Of a DNA stretch of 64,000 nt, positions 1 through 6,790 are shown piece after piece. The stretch covers positions 1,046-65,045 of the forward strand of contig JAUSHW010000201.1 in assembly GCA_030648395.1 (NCBI GenBank). The letters run 5' to 3'. Position numbers and translations under genes: made by a program. This stretch comes from Nitrospirales bacterium. Its GTDB lineage: Bacteria > Nitrospirota > Nitrospiria > Nitrospirales > NS-4. Within the stretch, counting starts at the first letter, position 1. Every line of letters starts with the position of its first letter. The notes under the pieces were generated by a model. It was not told where the DNA came from and searched no databases. It worked only from the letters and a program-made list of their open reading frames with translations.

Positions 1-135
1 CGGGGCCGCGGCCTCCTGCTCATCGAGTACGCAGTCCCAGCACTTGGGATTATTCGGCTGACGCGGCTCGCCACAGGGGCAGAGGTCCAGGGGCGAGGTC
101 ACGCCGCGCGGATCGAAGAGGGCCTGTATGGTCAT
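1..135 (-). CDS. hypothetical Cys-rich small protein, 5' part only (runs off left edge)
   Basis: Hand translation from ATG 135..133 gives MTIQALFDPRGVTSPLDLCPCGEPRQPNNPKCWDCVLDEQEAAAP, with no stop before position 1. ATGA overlap with the stop of 132..713. CxC...CxxC spacing. Confidence 0.4.
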   Translation of the reverse strand, partial: MTIQALFDPRGVTSPLDLCPCGEPRQPNNPKCWDCVLDEQEAAAP

Positions 136-713
136 GATTGGGCTCCTTTCGTAAAGACTAACTGGCTCCCGTTCCACGGCGCGTCCGGCGCGAATTCCTT
201 GACGAGGGCGTTGAGCGCAGGCCGGCATGCGGCCCCCGCCGTGTCGTACGCGGCCCTCGCCTCGTCGTACGCGGCCCGCGCCTTGCGGCACGCGGCCCCC
301 GCCTTGCCGTACGCGGCCAACGCCTTGTCGTACGCGGCCCACGCCTTGTCGTACGCGGCCCCCGCCTTGCCGTACGCGGCCCCCGCCTTGCGGCACGCGG
401 CCCCCGCCTTGCCGTACGCGGCCTCCGCCTCGTAGTACGCGGCCCTCGCCTCGTCGTACGCGGCCCGCGCCGTGTTGTACGCGGCCCCCGCCGTACAAAG
501 CGGGAGGGGAATCCGCGCGGTGGGCACGAGACAGATCGCCGCAAGACGGATGGCGCGCTCCTGCTTGGGCTTTTCTTTTCTGGTATCGGCGATCCGTTCC
601 TGGACGTTGGCGCTGTACTCGACGGGCTCGCCGGCGTGATGCAGGAGCGTGAACCAGCCCGTGGAGGGGCCTTCGTACTTTGGTTTGCCTGGGTGGGTTG
701 TATTGGTGGGCAT
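132..713 (-). CDS. AAY-heptad repeat protein, paralog 1
   Basis: ORF track, 193 aa. ATG 713 has AAAGGAG about 7 nt upstream. Conserved ~70-aa N-domain (GWFTLLHHAGEPVEYSANVQERIA), then 13 AAYxxAx heptads, then an LNxLVxEFxPxAPWNG tail. Paralog of 717..1271. Confidence 0.7.
   Translation of the reverse strand: MPTNTTHPGKPKYEGPSTGWFTLLHHAGEPVEYSANVQERIADTRKEKPKQERAIRLAAICLVPTARIPLPLCTAGAAYNTARAAYDEARAAYYEAEAAYGKAGAACRKAGAAYGKAGAAYDKAWAAYDKALAAYGKAGAACRKARAAYDEARAAYDTAGAACRPALNALVKEFAPDAPWNGSQLVFTKGAQS
213..485. repeat. 21-bp tandem repeat array (codes the AAYxxAx heptads) inside 132..713
   Basis: Units such as gccttgccgtacgcggccccc / gccttgtcgtacgcggcccac recur about 13 times head to tail. All six frames stay open across the array. 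Confidence 0.85.
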
Positions 714-716
714 GGG

Positions 717-1271
717 TTAGGCTCCTTTCGTGCTGGTTGCGGGGAAGATCAACGTCGTTCCATTCCAGGGTGCATTCGGCACGAATTCATTGACGAGGGT
801 ATTCAATTCATCCCGGTACGCGGCCCGCGCCCTGTTGTACGCGGTCCACGCCGGGTAACACGCCTTGCCGTACGCGGCCTCCGCCTCGTAGTACGCGGCC
901 CTCGCCTCGTCGTACGCGGCCCGCGCCGTGTTGTACGCGGCCCCCGCCTTGCCGTACGCGGCCCCCGCCTTGCCGTACGCGGCCCCCGCCTTGCCGTACG
1001 CGGCCCACGCCGTGCTGTACACGGCCAACGCCGTGTTGTACGCGGCCCACGCCGTGCTGTACGCGGAGGGAATGCGCGTCGTGGGCACGAGACAGATCGC
1101 CGCAAGACGGATGGCGCGCTCCTGCTTGGGCTTTTTTTTTCTGATATTGGCGATCCGTTCCTGGACGTTGGCGCTGTACTCGACGGGCTCGCCGGCGTGA
1201 TGCAGGAGCGTGAACCAGCCCGTGGAGGGGCCTTCGTACTTTGGTTTGCCTGGGTGTGTGAGATTCTTCAT
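717..1271 (-). CDS. AAY-heptad repeat protein, paralog 2
   Basis: Same N-domain, about 12 heptads and the same tail as paralog 1. Start placed at ATG 1271 (MKNLTHPG; AAGGA RBS; ATGA overlap with 1268..1477) rather than ORF-track 1304. Confidence 0.7.
   Translation of the reverse strand: MKNLTHPGKPKYEGPSTGWFTLLHHAGEPVEYSANVQERIANIRKKKPKQERAIRLAAICLVPTTRIPSAYSTAWAAYNTALAVYSTAWAAYGKAGAAYGKAGAAYGKAGAAYNTARAAYDEARAAYYEAEAAYGKACYPAWTAYNRARAAYRDELNTLVNEFVPNAPWNGTTLIFPATSTKGA
807..1067. repeat. 21-bp tandem repeat array inside 717..1271
   Basis: Same 21-bp unit family as 213..485, including three identical consecutive gccttgccgtacgcggccccc units. The number and order of units differ from paralog 1. 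Confidence 0.85.
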
Positions 1272-1477
1272 GAGGGTCGTCCTTTCTTTGGTTGTGTGGG
1301 GCACGGGCCCGCGCAGGCGGTCACCCGCGCGCGGCCCTCGAGCCGGCGCGTGAGACGGTCACGCATGGCGAGGGCGGTCGATTGTGAGGGATAGGTGCAC
1401 TGGTCCCCGAGGTGTGGGTCTAGCAGGCCGCTTAGGCAGAACGGCACGCGGTTGATTTTGATGTGCTGGGGTCTCAT
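1268..1477 (-). CDS. hypothetical protein (69 aa)
   Basis: Inner part of ORF 1268..1621 (MRPQHIKINRVPFCLSG...). ATGA overlaps at both ends (1474-1477 and 1268-1271) indicate translational coupling. Confidence 0.5.
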   Translation of the reverse strand: MRPQHIKINRVPFCLSGLLDPHLGDQCTYPSQSTALAMRDRLTRRLEGRARVTACAGPCPTQPKKGRPS

Positions 1478-1716
1478 GCGTCTACCTCTAATCCCTCGAG
1501 CGCTTCCGCTCGCAGGCGTTGATCCTCGATCCGTTGCCGCTCGCGCTGGGTCTCCATGTCGGAGAAGAAGGCCTGCTTCTTGGCCTCCTTGTTCTCCCGG
1601 CGTGTGGTACAGGCCGGGCATCCCTGCTCGGGATTGAGGACCACGGTGACACAGTCCGTGCAGACGTAGTCGGTGCCGCCAAAGAGATGGCGTTCGCGCA
1701 GGCCGGGGGCGATCAA
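1474..1716 (-). CDS. hypothetical zinc-ribbon-like protein (80 aa)
   Basis: ORF track. TTG start overlapping the stop of 1713..2000. Two CxxC pairs (CTDC...CPAC) followed by a Glu/Arg-rich helix. Confidence 0.5.
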   Translation of the reverse strand: MIAPGLRERHLFGGTDYVCTDCVTVVLNPEQGCPACTTRRENKEAKKQAFFSDMETQRERQRIEDQRLRAEALEGLEVDA

Positions 1717-2000
1717 CGGGGCACCTTGGCGAGAGCGGCGCGCGCTACCGTTCGAATGCGTAGCAATCGCTTATCGTTACCGCAGGCCGATGTGAGGCGG
1801 TTCCCGATGATGGTAAGCGCCGCCAGCAGCTCCGGCGCGTTGGTGATCAGCGCGCGCGCGGCCTTAATATCCTGTTCATTGTCTCGCGCGGCTTGGCGTT
1901 CTTCGGCGGTTGTGGCGCAGGCAAAGCGCTCTTGCGTGTCACAGTCCGCGAGGTCGAGAACGTTCTCCACTTGGCGTTGAATTTCTGATTGCTTTCTCAT
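1713..2000 (-). CDS. hypothetical protein (95 aa)
   Basis: ORF track. ATG 2000 preceded by GAAAGGA. Confidence 0.55.
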   Translation of the reverse strand: MRKQSEIQRQVENVLDLADCDTQERFACATTAEERQAARDNEQDIKAARALITNAPELLAALTIIGNRLTSACGNDKRLLRIRTVARAALAKVPR

Positions 2001-2054
2001 CTGATTCCTTTCGGCGCCCCGGCCCTTCCGAGCCGGAGCGCGCTGTCGTGGCCG

Positions 2055-2207
2055 CTAGGCCTCGGTCTCCTTGGTGGTAAAGTCTAGGTCAGGATTGGCC
2101 GTTTTGATGGCTTCGGCCGCCTTCGTGTCGCCGGCCGCGCAGGCGGCTGCGTGCTCACGCAGGACGGCGTCCTGTTGCTCCTTCCAACTGTAGCTGGCTC
2201 CTCGCAT
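2055..2207 (-). CDS. hypothetical small protein (50 aa)
   Basis: Below ORF-track cutoff. Hand translation: MRGASYSWKEQQDAVLREHAAACAAGDTKAAEAIKTANPDLDFTTKETEA. GAGGAGGTGA RBS about 8 nt upstream of ATG 2207. Confidence 0.5.
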   Translation of the reverse strand: MRGASYSWKEQQDAVLREHAAACAAGDTKAAEAIKTANPDLDFTTKETEA

Positions 2208-2281
2208 AGTAGAAATCACCTCCTCTCGGTTAAATTCAAGACAACCCGTGAGCCCCTCCGAGCTCGCGAGCTGGTTTGAGT

Positions 2282-2494
2282 TTACCCTTTGATCTTGCCG
2301 CCCGAGGGGCCGCAGTCGCCCCTGATATAGCCGATGAACGCTTCTCGGTTGAAGGCTTCGCTCTGCTCCTGGCAGAAGTCCGCGAGCACGTCGATTAAGA
2401 AGGGCGGTTTATTTTCGAGCTCGCCGTTGCGGTACTTCGTGAGCTGATAGACCCGCACCTTGTCTGCTAGCGCGATGAAGTGTTTTCTGGTCAT
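2282..2494 (-). CDS. hypothetical protein (70 aa)
   Basis: C-terminal part of ORF 2282..2875 from MTRKHFIALADK. ATGA overlap with the stop of 2491..2778. The upstream part of that ORF looks non-coding in this frame. Confidence 0.6.
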   Translation of the reverse strand: MTRKHFIALADKVRVYQLTKYRNGELENKPPFLIDVLADFCQEQSEAFNREAFIGYIRGDCGPSGGKIKG

Positions 2495-2778
2495 GCTGGT
2501 TTTCCTTTCGTGTACTCGGTCACAAAAACTTGAAATTGACCGACCCCGGTTATCGCGTAATAGCAGCCGGCCTTGAGTCTGGCAAGGAACGCGGGAATGG
2601 TCAGGGCGGCCTCGCCCGGCGCCCCGAGCCCGGAGGAGTCTACAAAATAGATTTGGGTTTTTGTAAACCCTTTCGGGTGTTCCATGTCCGACCGGTCGGG
2701 GAACGGTAACAAAGGTTCGGACTTCCACTTGAGTAAGTCCGCCTCGGTCACCTTGTATGGAAGTCTTGGCTTGCTCAT
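2491..2778 (-). CDS. hypothetical protein (95 aa)
   Basis: ORF 2491..2844 trimmed to MSKPRLPYKV (ATG 2778, GGGGGTGGGAG RBS). ATGA overlaps on both sides. Confidence 0.6.
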   Translation of the reverse strand: MSKPRLPYKVTEADLLKWKSEPLLPFPDRSDMEHPKGFTKTQIYFVDSSGLGAPGEAALTIPAFLARLKAGCYYAITGVGQFQVFVTEYTKGKPA

Positions 2779-2969
2779 ACTCCCACCCCCTTTGCATGGC
2801 AGAGGCCTTGCTCGATGAGCGCCGAGGCAGTCCGTCCGAACCATCCCTGAAGACTCCAGGCAAGGCCGGTGTCAATCAGGTATTGCCACGCTTCGATCTG
2901 CTCCTCGCGGCTGGCGTTCTCGCCGCCACAGAAGCCCTCTGCAATTGAAACCGCTGTGAAGTGATCCAT
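2775..2969 (-). CDS. hypothetical protein (64 aa), first gene behind promoter/leader copy 1
   Basis: ORF track. ATG 2969 lies 9 nt after the AAGGAGG contributed by the 118-bp repeat. Confidence 0.6.
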   Translation of the reverse strand: MDHFTAVSIAEGFCGGENASREEQIEAWQYLIDTGLAWSLQGWFGRTASALIEQGLCHAKGVGV

Positions 2970-2978
2970 TGTGCTAGT

Positions 2979-3096
2979 CCTCCTTGGTTGTAGCCGGTGC
3001 CGCTTCCGCCGCGCCGGCCGTGTGGTTTATCAATCCTGCATACCTATAACTGAGTCACTCAGCTATTGTCAAGAGAATTCGAAAATAATTCTCCCT
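2979..3096 (-). promoter_or_regulatory. 118-bp promoter/operator/leader element, copy 1
   Basis: Identical to 4782..4899. On the minus strand: TTGACA (3072..3067), 18-nt spacer holding the perfect palindrome CTGAGTGACTCAG (3050..3062), TATAGG (3048..3043), ~55-nt leader, then AAGGAGG RBS. Confidence 0.65.
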
Positions 3097-3222
3097 TGCC
3101 CCCCAAGTGGTCGCACGTTTAATCGCCCGCTGGCCCTCATGTAACCGCGCTATAGCGTATCGCTGTAAGTGTGCTTGTGTAGCTTTGTCCATCGTTCGCC
3201 CCCTCGGTTCGTTGCGTGTCAT
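3055..3222 (-). CDS. hypothetical small protein with MTRNEP N-terminus (55 aa; alternative start 3192)
   Basis: ORF 3055..3249. ATG 3222 sits 5 nt after the upstream TAA. A second in-frame ATG at 3192 follows GAGGGGG. The 3' end runs into promoter copy 1, so coding status is uncertain. Confidence 0.35.
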   Translation of the reverse strand: MTRNEPRGRTMDKATQAHLQRYAIARLHEGQRAIKRATTWGARENYFRILLTIAE

Positions 3223-3227
3223 GCTGG

Positions 3228-3449
3228 TTACCACTGCCCAAACGTACACACTGGGCCGCGATCGCCATCAAGATGCCGCCGCGAGCGGAAGTGTGCGCTG
3301 ATCTGCTCGGATGTAGTTGTGCTCACAGCGCGATACCACCCTTGTCTCGGCGTACCACCGGCGGCAAGTTGCTGGCAACGCGGGCACGTTAGATCGTACC
3401 GCTTAAACACCCTCTTACAATCATCCGTATGTGTCACTTTGGTTTCCAT
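3228..3449 (-). CDS. hypothetical Cys-containing protein (73 aa)
   Basis: ORF 3228..3512 trimmed to METKVTHTDDCKRVFKRYDLTCPRCQQL (ATG 3449, GAGAGGGGGA RBS inside the repeat element). Confidence 0.55.
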   Translation of the reverse strand: METKVTHTDDCKRVFKRYDLTCPRCQQLAAGGTPRQGWYRAVSTTTSEQISAHFRSRRHLDGDRGPVCTFGQW

Positions 3450-3454
3450 GGTCT

Positions 3455-3531
3455 GCGTCCCCCTCTCGTGCGCCCGTGGCCTAGCCCCTTGTACTGCCCC
3501 CTGTACCACCAAGGGGCAGGGAAGAGGTTAG
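3455..3531 (-). repeat. intercistronic cassette, copy 1 (RBS box + alternative hairpins)
   Basis: gcgtccccctctcgtgcgcccgtggcctag + ccccttgtactgccccctgtaccaccaaggggcagggaaga. The two halves recur at 3892..3921 and 4004..4060. It spans from one gene's stop codon to the next gene's RBS. Confidence 0.8.
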
Positions 3532-3890
3532 CGTAGATAGTTCCATCGCTTTCCGTGAAGCGTCTCCGCGTTGACCGTGAGCACGTTGCCGAGATCGGCC
3601 TTTTTCTTCTTGTTGTAGTCCGGTCGCCCGTAGCCTGAGATATTGAACAATTCACCGTTGACGACATCCACAAGGAACGCGCCGGAGTTCCCACAATCGA
3701 GCGCATGAAACTTTCGCCGCTCGCTGGCGTGCCAGAAGTCTGCGGTATGTGTAAAGCCCTGCTCAGCGTGGCTGATTTTCTCGATGGTGTTAAGGCAGTC
3801 AATCACCCTACCAACTGCTTCATTCACTGTGGCCCGCGTGATTTCGATTGTGCTGTCCATGGTGCCCTCCGTTGGTTCGTTGCGTGTCAT
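3528..3890 (-). CDS. hypothetical protein with MTRNEPTEG N-terminus (120 aa; alternative start 3860)
   Basis: ORF track. ATG 3890 lies 5 nt after GAGAGGGGGA. A second in-frame ATG at 3860 follows GGAGGG. Confidence 0.6.
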   Translation of the reverse strand: MTRNEPTEGTMDSTIEITRATVNEAVGRVIDCLNTIEKISHAEQGFTHTADFWHASERRKFHALDCGNSGAFLVDVVNGELFNISGYGRPDYNKKKKADLGNVLTVNAETLHGKRWNYLR

Positions 3891-3891
3891 C

Positions 3892-4060
3892 GCGTCCCCC
3901 TCTCGTTCGCCCGTGGCCTAGTTTGCTAATTACGCGGGTAAAGGGGAAGGCGCTCTCCCCGTGAGCCTCTAGCGCTCTGCCTAGACATATCGCTTCACCC
4001 CGCCGTGGTCTAGCCCCTTGTACTGCCCCCTGTACCACCAAGGGGCAGGGAAGATGTTAG
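3892..4060 (-). repeat. intercistronic cassette, copy 2, split by an 82-bp insert
   Basis: The same two halves as 3455..3531, separated by 3922..4003. The insert is bracketed by cgtggcctag (3912..3921) and cgtggtctag (4004..4013). Confidence 0.75.
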
Positions 4061-4317
4061 ATTTCTGGTCCTTCGATGAAGTCGCCGTTCTGCAATCGAA
4101 CGATATATTCCCCACTGTCAATGTCCTGTTCAAGCGAACAGGCTTTTCCATCTGCAAATTCACGAATAGAGACTTCCCTGCCAAGGTACTGCTTAGCCAA
4201 CCACATAGGCTTGAGTGATACCGTGTGAGGCTCAATTGTGATAGTGTCCACAAAGAACGGTATGCTTCGTGTGCTTCGTCCCATTTTAATTCCCTCCGTT
4301 GGTTCATTGCGGGTCAT
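4057..4317 (-). CDS. hypothetical protein with MTRNEPTEG N-terminus (86 aa; alternative start 4284)
   Basis: ORF 4057..4359. ATG 4317 lies 5 nt after the upstream TAA (TAAccaccATG). In-frame ATG 4284 follows GGAGGG. Confidence 0.55.
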   Translation of the reverse strand: MTRNEPTEGIKMGRSTRSIPFFVDTITIEPHTVSLKPMWLAKQYLGREVSIREFADGKACSLEQDIDSGEYIVRLQNGDFIEGPEI

Positions 4318-4322
4318 GGTGG

Positions 4323-4544
4323 TTAGATGCCGTGGCTGATTGGGAAACATTCGGGACATTCAGGACATTTGCCGCCGCGATCTTCATAGCCTTCATGCTT
4401 CCCGCCGTTGTCGCTATGTTCGTTGACTAAGCCGCCGACATCGTAGCAATGAGCGCAGAGGCCGATATGCTCATTGTCGCCGCGCCCTGTCGAACGAGTG
4501 AGCTTGTTACAATTGCGGCACTTGTAGCAGCCTGAACCAGCCAT
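4323..4544 (-). CDS. hypothetical multi-Cys zinc-binding-like protein (73 aa)
   Basis: ORF 4323..4724 trimmed to MAGSGCYKCRNC...CAHC...CPECPEC. The start is uncertain (alternative 4580). Overlaps the 3' end of 4507..4773. Confidence 0.45.
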   Translation of the reverse strand: MAGSGCYKCRNCNKLTRSTGRGDNEHIGLCAHCYDVGGLVNEHSDNGGKHEGYEDRGGKCPECPECFPISHGI

Positions 4545-4773
4545 TGACGAGTTCGCACTGTCCGCATGGAAGAGGATCATCTGGTGAGTTGAAATGCCAC
4601 GCTGCATGCCCCGCACTTTCAGTATATTCCAAGATAGAAGCCAATCGCTTGATCGTTTCGACTGGCACGGACACTTCAATGGTTTGCGTACCCTTGCCGT
4701 GCTTCTTTTCGGCCTTAAATCCAAATCTGTAGCCGCCGAATCCTACTACTGATCTACACGTTAAATACGTCAT
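4507..4773 (-). CDS. hypothetical protein (88 aa), first gene behind promoter/leader copy 2
   Basis: ORF 4507..4836 trimmed to MTYLTCRSVVGF. ATG 4773 lies downstream of the repeat-borne AAGGAGG. Confidence 0.6.
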   Translation of the reverse strand: MTYLTCRSVVGFGGYRFGFKAEKKHGKGTQTIEVSVPVETIKRLASILEYTESAGHAAWHFNSPDDPLPCGQCELVNGWFRLLQVPQL

Positions 4774-4781
4774 GTTCGCGC

Positions 4782-4899
4782 CCTCCTTGGTTGTAGCCGG
4801 TGCCGCTTCCGCCGCGCCGGCCGTGTGGTTTATCAATCCTGCATACCTATAACTGAGTCACTCAGCTATTGTCAAGAGAATTCGAAAATAATTCTCCCT
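4782..4899 (-). promoter_or_regulatory. 118-bp promoter/operator/leader element, copy 2
   Basis: Identical by eye to 2979..3096 (offset 1803 bp). TTGACA at 4875..4870, palindrome at 4853..4865, TATAGG at 4851..4846. It sits in the divergent gap between the leftward and rightward blocks. Confidence 0.65.
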
Positions 4900-4973
4900 C
4901 CCGGGGATTTTCACGTCCTGATAGAATAAGAGTTGAATCGCACGTAACCGTTTACTTATCGGAGGTGATGAAC

Positions 4974-5255
4974 ATGGTCCCACAGATGGATGAAGACACA
5001 GAACAGCCCGATCTGAGTGCGGGGTATTGCGTGGAGCTGTACGTGAATGCCGACGGCACGTTCACGGTGAGCGGCCCGAAGCCCCATGAGGCCGAGGCCG
5101 TTGAGGGCGAGACGGAGGCCGCAGGCGGTGCGCCGCTGCCTACGATCGCGGCGGCGCTGAAGGCGATCATGCAGATGGTCCAGGACAACCCCATCGGGCA
5201 GAGCGCGCAGGCGGGCTTCGAGGCCGGCTTCTCGTCCGGCCCAAATCGTGCCTAA
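4974..5255 (+). CDS. hypothetical acidic protein (93 aa)
   Basis: ORF 4869..5255 trimmed to ATG 4974, 8 nt after GGAGG (4961..4965). Confidence 0.6.
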   Translation: MVPQMDEDTEQPDLSAGYCVELYVNADGTFTVSGPKPHEAEAVEGETEAAGGAPLPTIAAALKAIMQMVQDNPIGQSAQAGFEAGFSSGPNRA

Positions 5256-5267
5256 GGAGGAACACGT

Positions 5268-5516
5268 ATGACGACCGCGCATTTGAATTTTGAAGTCAGC
5301 GACGATGGGCTGGTCAATGTGATGGAAGTCTACGAGGGGGGCTTCTCGTTGGAGAACCCGGCGCACTGCTTCGCGCGGGCCTTGATGAAGCACGCGCCCG
5401 AGGTCGGCGCCGATCAGGCCGGCGAGCCGCTGATCGTGGAGACGGCGCGCGCCATTGAGGTGGATGCCCACCCGATTCTGATCCCGGGCTGCGGCCCGGT
5501 GCATGAGGCCTCGTGA
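5268..5516 (+). CDS. hypothetical protein (82 aa)
   Basis: ORF track. TAAGGAGG RBS. Confidence 0.6.
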   Translation: MTTAHLNFEVSDDGLVNVMEVYEGGFSLENPAHCFARALMKHAPEVGADQAGEPLIVETARAIEVDAHPILIPGCGPVHEAS

Positions 5517-5764
5517 GGACCACGCTCGAGCTCACCCCCACCGCGGAGCTCATCGAGGAGCTCGCCAAGCGGTTCGATGTCCTCGTCTTCAATGCCATGA
5601 ATCGCCGGACGATGGAGACGGACGCGGGCCCGATCTCGTCCGTCCGCGCGTGGCGGCTCAAGGGCGATGTCGATCTGTGCGTGAGCCTGTCGGCCGTCAT
5701 CCATGATATGGCGCTCGAGGGCCTCCGGCGTCAGAGCACCGAACTGGACCCGGGCGAGCTGTGA
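5513..5764 (+). CDS. hypothetical protein (83 aa)
   Basis: ORF track. GTGA start-stop overlap. Confidence 0.55.
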   Translation: MRTTLELTPTAELIEELAKRFDVLVFNAMNRRTMETDAGPISSVRAWRLKGDVDLCVSLSAVIHDMALEGLRRQSTELDPGEL

Positions 5765-6318
5765 TCATCCTGACAGCCAAGCGCGAGGCCTTCTGTCTCC
5801 TCCTGGTCGCCGGGAAGACGCTCAATGAGGCCTACCGTCAGAGCCGGCCGGCCGGGGTCATGAATGACCAGACCGCGCAACAGCGCGCGAAGGAGCTGCT
5901 CCGCAATCCCCAGATACTCCGACGGATCGCTGAAATCCGATTGCCGGCCGTGCAGGCCTTCCGCAAGACGTACGAGTACAAGCTCGAGCATGCCCTCGCC
6001 GAGTGTAACGAGGCCCACGCTCTGGCTATGTCATTAGGCCAGCCCAGCGTCATGGTCACTGCCATTCAACTCAAGGCCAAGCTGGCTGGTCTGATTGTCG
6101 ATAAGAAGGAAGAGCGCCACGGGCTACTGGACGACGTGACGACGCGTGATCTCTTACGCATGCGCGCCGAGCTGAAGGCGCGCGAGGCCGTGGTTCGGAA
6201 TGAGGTGATCGACATGGTGGAGGATTCCTCAGAAAAAACAGTTAGGGAATCGGACCGAGGGGGCGTGGCCCGCTTTTCGCTGCCAGCGATGGGGCCCACC
6301 GTGCTGGACAGGTCCTGA
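5761..6318 (+). CDS. terS: terminase small subunit (Terminase_2/P27-like HTH)
   Basis: 185 aa. N-terminus LTAKREAFCLLLVAGKTLNEAYRQS...AQQRAKELLRNPQILRRIAEI follows the LTxKQxxF..Y...A...A.RLL.NP.V...I pattern of small terminases. Same operon as terL. Confidence 0.7.
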   Translation: MIILTAKREAFCLLLVAGKTLNEAYRQSRPAGVMNDQTAQQRAKELLRNPQILRRIAEIRLPAVQAFRKTYEYKLEHALAECNEAHALAMSLGQPSVMVTAIQLKAKLAGLIVDKKEERHGLLDDVTTRDLLRMRAELKAREAVVRNEVIDMVEDSSEKTVRESDRGGVARFSLPAMGPTVLDRS

Positions 6319-6335
6319 CACGGGTGTGACACAAC

Positions 6336-6593
6336 ATGCCTGAAAATTTCGAAAAAATTTCCGCGAGCGAAAAATTACCAGAGGGCAGCGCCGTCCCGCT
6401 CACCTACCAACAGCGCGCGATCGACTTCGCGCAGGCCGTGCTCGCAACCGCCCGCGCGTTTCCCACGCGCCTGACCCCCGAGATCCCCGACAAGGAATAC
6501 GCGGCCGTCGTCGAGCGGGTCAAAGTGGCGGCCGAGTTTCTGATTCGCGAGGGGGTAATGGCGCCCCGTTTTGCACCGGAGCCCCACGCCTAA
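6336..6593 (+). CDS. hypothetical protein (85 aa)
   Basis: ORF track. Confidence 0.5.
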   Translation: MPENFEKISASEKLPEGSAVPLTYQQRAIDFAQAVLATARAFPTRLTPEIPDKEYAAVVERVKVAAEFLIREGVMAPRFAPEPHA

Positions 6594-6790
6594 TGGAAAA
6601 CATCAGCGACATCTACACGATCTGCGGCCAGATGGGTTGGCAGTGGCATTGGCAAACGGTACGACGCTGGTCCTATCAACATCTCCCGGATCTCGGTGAT
6701 GAGGAGGGCGACCTCTGGAATCGGTACGTGCTCTACCTCGGGCCGTTCTTTGCGAGCTGGTCCGTCGCAAAGGATCCCGCGAATGGATAA
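6593..6790 (+). CDS. hypothetical Trp-rich protein (65 aa)
   Basis: ORF track. TAATG overlap with the upstream stop. Confidence 0.5.
   Translation: MENISDIYTICGQMGWQWHWQTVRRWSYQHLPDLGDEEGDLWNRYVLYLGPFFASWSVAKDPANG

Noticed and set aside
158-652. Multiple overlapping ORFs in other frames across the 21-bp repeat arrays (158..544, 199..435, 227..652, 803..1105, 808..1050, 928..1200)
   Set aside because: These are artefacts of a stop-free tandem repeat. Only the AAY frame continues into conserved non-repetitive N- and C-terminal domains and has an RBS.
213-1067. Could the short tandem repeats be a CRISPR array?
   Set aside because: The units are 21 bp, contiguous without spacers, in phase with a reading frame and inside two genes. 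There are no cas genes.
2282-2875. 197-aa ORF as a single gene
   Set aside because: Only its last 70 codons look coding and have an ATGA-coupled start. The upstream portion overlaps the better-supported 2491..2778 gene in another frame.
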